The notes below the pieces were generated by a model. That model had not been told where the DNA came from and ran no database searches. It saw only the letters and a list, made by a program, of their open reading frames with translations. DNA of 64,000 bases from Candidatus Latescibacterota bacterium (GTDB taxonomy: Bacteria; Latescibacterota; UBA2968): positions 4,640,001 to 4,704,000 of the forward strand of contig OZ240241.1 in NCBI GenBank assembly GCA_965198115.1, written 5' to 3'. Positions 59,718 to 64,000 of this stretch are shown piece by piece; position 1 is the first letter of the stretch; every line of letters starts with the position of its first letter. Both the position numbers and the translations under genes were made by a program.

Positions 59718-62198
59718 ATGATTTCAAACTATCTCGCCACCGCACTCCGCAACGCCTGGAAATACCCAGGCTACACCCTCATCAACGTGCTCGGCCTCTC
59801 GGTCGGTTTGGCTGCAGTCGTGCTCATCGGTCTGTTCGTCCAACACGAGACCAGCTTCGACCAAACCCACCCCCATGCCGGCGATGTCTATCAGATCTTT
59901 CGGGAGGACCGGAACAGGACCGGGATCGTGCGAACGCAGGAAGGAGTATCGGGCGCGCTGGCGCTCGGCATCCGGGGAACGGTACCCGAAGTCGAAAGTG
60001 TTGTGCGTGTCGGGTATCATGACATCTGGGCAAAAGTCGGCAATGAGTCGTTTCGCGAAACTCTGGCAGTCACCGAACCGGGATTCTTCGACTACTTCAG
60101 TTTCCCGCTTGTCGAAGGGTCCCTGGAAGGGCTCGCCGGACCTGGAGATATCCTGATCACGGAGTCGGCGGCTCGACGCGTGTTTGGACGAGAAAACGTG
60201 CTTGACGAGGACGTCAAGATCGAGGGGCGCTACTTCGCGGGCGATTATGTCGTTCGAGGCGTCCTCCGAAATATTCCACCGCGGTCGACCTTCCACTTCG
60301 ACTTCCTGCTGCATGACTCGAACACGATGTCCGACGTGATGATGCGCTGGACCCAGTGGTTCAAAGAGGGGTACTCCGACGTCGAAGCCTATCTCCGGCC
60401 CGTGCGAGGCGCATCTCTCGACGCCATCACGGAGAAATGTCTCGCTATTCGGAGGTCAGGCCTGATCGAAGAAGGCGGTGACTTCTCTGCTGAGAAGCAG
60501 TACCACCTTCAGCCGTTCTACCGCAAGTACCTCTACTCCACGACCGACCATGGCATCATACCCAATCCCATCAGCGGTCTAGGTCTTCAGTACGGCAACA
60601 TCCGATACGTCGTGATGTCCTCGATCATGGCAGCATTCATCCTCCTGATTGCGTGCGTGAACTTCACCAACCTCGCGACCGCGAGATCGATGAGCCGTGT
60701 TAGAGAGATCGGCCTCCGAAAGGTCGTCGGAGCGTTTCGTCATCAGGTGATCAGCCAGTTTCTGGGTGAAGCCCTGCTCATCTCGATGCTGTCTCTGGGT
60801 GTAGGTCTCCTCCTCGAGTGGCGCCTCCTCCCGACTTTCAACCAGCTTGTCGACCGTGATCTGGCGCTCGACCTCTCCATTCCCAGCTGCCTGGTCCTGC
60901 TGGCAACGGCGATCGTGACGGGTGCCATCGCCGGCTTCTATCCCGCGGTCGTCCTTTCCGGTCTTCGACCTGTTGCCGTGTTACGAGGGCCAGACTACGC
61001 CACCGGACGCGGCGCCCGATTTCGCAAGCTGCTCGTCGTGTTCCAGTTCACAGTATCGATCGGGCTGATCATCTCGACCATTGTCGTCGATCATCAACTG
61101 ACCTTCATCCGATTGAAGGATCTGGGCTTCGACCGCGATCAGGTCATTGTCATGCCCGTGTTCCTCCACGCGAGAGACATCGCCGAATACGGGAACAATG
61201 GAATCTTGTTGAAGCAACGGACTCGGGAAGTCAAAAACACTTTCCTCGCTCATCCCGACATTCTCAAGGTCGGCATCTCGCGGTTCTATCTGCAGGAATT
61301 CCTCGCCCGATACGACGTCAGGCCTGAAGGGACGAGCGAACCGATCGGGATGCCCAACTTATCCGTGGACGACGGTTTCTTCGACACGCTCGGCATCCCG
61401 TTCGCTGCAGGTCGACCCATCTCCGTGCATCACTTCACGAATAACTGGGAACTGAGGCAGGCGGGTGGGGAGGAGTATGTCATCAACGTGGCCGCCGCAG
61501 AACGGTTCGGGTGGACACCCGAAGAGGCCATCGGAAAGGGAATGGGGTGGCCGAACAGACGACGAACACCAGGGACCATCGTGGGTGTGGTCGAGAACTT
61601 CCACACCAACACGCTCCACGAAACGGTCGAACCGGTGGTCTTCGACTGGGACGAGTGGAACGCCAAGCTCGTGCTCGCAAGAGTGCGAGGCGGTCGAATC
61701 CCGGAGGCTTTGGAGCACCTTGAGGCGGCCTGGAAACGCTGGCTGCCTGAGCGACCATTCACCTACGAGTTCCTGGACGACCGACTCGATACCCTCTACA
61801 AGACCGAACAAAGACAGGGCGACGTCTTCCGCACCTTCTCAGTCATCGCCATCTTCGTCGCGTGTCTGGGCCTCTTCGGCTTGGCCTCCTTCACGGCTGT
61901 GCAACGGACACGTGAGATCGGTATTCGCAAAGTCATCGGCGCAACAGAGTCCAACCTGGCCTTGATGCTCTCAGGTGAATTCACGCGTCTCGTCATCGTC
62001 GCGAACGGGATCGGATGGCCCGTGGCCTGGTGGTTCATGAACGATTGGCTCGAGGGTTTCGCCTATCGCATCGACCTTGGTCTGACGCCTTTCGGATTGA
62101 GTGGCGTCGTAAGCCTCGCCATCGCGACATTGACGGTCGTGTTCCAAGCCATTCGGGCGGCACGACGCGATCCGGTTGATACATTGCGGAGTGAGTGA
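59718..62198 (+). CDS. MacB/FtsX-type ABC transporter permease (double-domain)
   Basis: NYL..ALRN, INVLGLSVG, LIACVNFTNL.TAR...R.REIGLRKVVGA, VVFQF, ACLGLFGL. Confidence 0.95.
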   Translation: MISNYLATALRNAWKYPGYTLINVLGLSVGLAAVVLIGLFVQHETSFDQTHPHAGDVYQIFREDRNRTGIVRTQEGVSGALALGIRGTVPEVESVVRVGYHDIWAKVGNESFRETLAVTEPGFFDYFSFPLVEGSLEGLAGPGDILITESAARRVFGRENVLDEDVKIEGRYFAGDYVVRGVLRNIPPRSTFHFDFLLHDSNTMSDVMMRWTQWFKEGYSDVEAYLRPVRGASLDAITEKCLAIRRSGLIEEGGDFSAEKQYHLQPFYRKYLYSTTDHGIIPNPISGLGLQYGNIRYVVMSSIMAAFILLIACVNFTNLATARSMSRVREIGLRKVVGAFRHQVISQFLGEALLISMLSLGVGLLLEWRLLPTFNQLVDRDLALDLSIPSCLVLLATAIVTGAIAGFYPAVVLSGLRPVAVLRGPDYATGRGARFRKLLVVFQFTVSIGLIISTIVVDHQLTFIRLKDLGFDRDQVIVMPVFLHARDIAEYGNNGILLKQRTREVKNTFLAHPDILKVGISRFYLQEFLARYDVRPEGTSEPIGMPNLSVDDGFFDTLGIPFAAGRPISVHHFTNNWELRQAGGEEYVINVAAAERFGWTPEEAIGKGMGWPNRRRTPGTIVGVVENFHTNTLHETVEPVVFDWDEWNAKLVLARVRGGRIPEALEHLEAAWKRWLPERPFTYEFLDDRLDTLYKTEQRQGDVFRTFSVIAIFVACLGLFGLASFTAVQRTREIGIRKVIGATESNLALMLSGEFTRLVIVANGIGWPVAWWFMNDWLEGFAYRIDLGLTPFGLSGVVSLAIATLTVVFQAIRAARRDPVDTLRSE

Positions 62199-62221
62199 GA
62201 TACTCAAGTAACTGCGACCAA

Positions 62222-62291
62222 GTCATCCTGAGCGCAGTCGAAGGACGGCTTGGTCGCGCGATTCCGACACTTCGACTGCGCTCAGTGTGAC
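62222..62291. repeat. Complete REP-like doublet GTCATCCTGAGCGCAGTCGAAGG...CTTCGACTGCGCTCAGTGTGAC
   Basis: Inverted halves between the two permease genes. Confidence 0.8.
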
Positions 62292-62341
62292 GGTTCACGC
62301 TTCCCCGCTAATCGGATAACGGACTACGGTTAACGCTCTCC

Positions 62342-64000
62342 ATGCTCTCCAACTACCTCACATCAGCTCTCCGAAATCTCCTGAAGCACAAGGGCTACTC
62401 CCTCATCAACATCCTTGGTCTCGCCGTCGGCGTGGGCTCCTGTCTCCTGCTACTCCTCGTCGCCCGGTGGGAAACGTCCTACGACGCGTTCCATCCAGAC
62501 GCGGATCGACTCTATAAGGTTGTCCGGTCAACGCGCATGCCCGATGGCACACTCGAGTATGGATTCAGGACTTACGGGCAGCTCGGACCGGCCCTCGAGG
62601 ATGACTTCCCGGAGGTTGAATCAGCCATTCGCTTCTGGTCGATCTGGAACGCCATACCCCACGAGGGAAAGGAACTCTGGCTCCACATGGTGCGGACGGA
62701 TCTCGACGTCTTCGATCATTTCTCGTTCGAGATCGTGGCAGGCGATCCGGAGACTGTTTTCGCGGAACCGTTTGCCATGTTCGTGACGGAATCGTTGGCA
62801 AAGCGCTTCTTCGCCGACGCCGATCCCATCGGGAAGACGATCACAATTCCGGATGGGCACCTTCCGGGCGACTTCGTGATTCGGGGCATTCTCAAAGACC
62901 TGCCCGCCAACTCCCATCTCCGATTCGACGTGCTTACGGGGAACGTTCCGAGCTCAGTCGGTAACGTGCATCATCTATGGGAGTCGTGGCGTCCTCTGTC
63001 CAACTGGCGGCCAGTCGAGACCTTCGTCAAGCTCAAGCCAGGGACGGACCCAGCGGCGTTAGAACAGAAACTCGACCAGGTCGTCGTAAAGCATCTCGGC
63101 ACCAGTTGGATCGAAAAGATCGGCTATCGACTCACCCCCATCGATCGCGTCTGGCTATTCGCCGACCAGGACTTCGGAATCGACTGGTACAGCGACGTCG
63201 CCCTCCTCTACGCCGTCGGGATCATCGCCGTCTCTATCCTTCTGATCGCGTGCATGAACTATGTCAACCTCGCAACCGCTCGATCCCTGAGTCGAGCGGC
63301 CGAAGTCGGGTTGCGCAAGGTCGTCGGTGCTGAACGTCAGCAGATCGCGCGCCAGTTCCTCGGCGAATCCGTATTCATGGCCTGTCTGGCGTCTGTGCTC
63401 GGCATCCTCACCGTCTACCTGTTTCTGCCGACCTTCAACGGGCTGACCGGAAAGAATGTGCCGTTCGACGTCGCGAATTCGATGGTGATTCTCTCATTCC
63501 TGTGCATCCTGATCGGCGTGGGGTTCGTGAGCCGGATCTATCCTGCCGTTGTCCTGTCCTCCTTCGCGCCGGCGACCGTCCTCAAGGGATCGATGTCCCG
63601 CTCGAGCACGGGCCACTGGCTGCGACGTGCGCTCTTCGTTGCACAGTTCGGTGTGTCGGTGGCCCTCGGCATCGGCATCCTGATGATGGATCGCCAGATG
63701 GCGTTCATCCAAACCAAAGACCTCGGCTTCACCAGGGAGAACATCATCAGCTTGTGGGGGCCTTTCCCAGACGACCTCCAGCTGGAAAGGATCGACGAAA
63801 TCCGGCAGGAATTCGGCAATCACCCGTCGATCATTTCATCCTGCGTACGAGGGACATTCCGGCTCTGAGAAACCAGTCGAACGTGATCTGGATTCCCGAG
63901 CGACCGGACCCCATCGAAATCCGCGGGCCTATGCTGCCGATCGATTACGAATTCCTGGATACGTATCAGGTCCCGCTCGTCAGTGGAAGGAACTTCTCCA
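62342..64000 (+). CDS. Second MacB/FtsX-type ABC permease, runs off the window; probable frameshift near 63860
   Basis: Same motifs as 59718..62198; ORF stops at 508 aa but permease-like sequence continues. Confidence 0.9.

Overview
GC-rich bacterial window with almost all genes on the + strand. The gene mix (3 sulfatases, 8 PhyH-like plus 1 TauD-like Fe/2OG oxygenases, Gfo/Idh/MocA oxidoreductases, amidases, TIM-barrel isomerases, tandem large MacB/FtsX permeases) resembles Latescibacterota/Poribacteria-like organisms, which is an inference. About a dozen genes are split by small indels, probably long-read assembly errors. Mobile DNA: two ISL3 copies with target duplications, a stack of MITE + IS630(::IS256) + IS630 at one CTAG site, a TnpA-only IS200 element, and several REP-like palindrome families, some nested. 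A HigBA toxin-antitoxin pair is present. No rRNA, tRNA or CRISPR array was seen. Best novelty candidates: (1) a promoter/uORF/antiterminator/terminator leader upstream of the tandem ABC permeases (59338-59507); (2) the self-regenerating CTAG insertion stack; (3) a 24-nt mini-repeat inserted into other repeats; (4) non-canonical enzymes (a PhyH lacking its carboxylate ligand, a remodelled transaldolase, PhyH-HEAT and HEAT-TonB fusions). All family calls come from motif recognition by eye, not from database searches.
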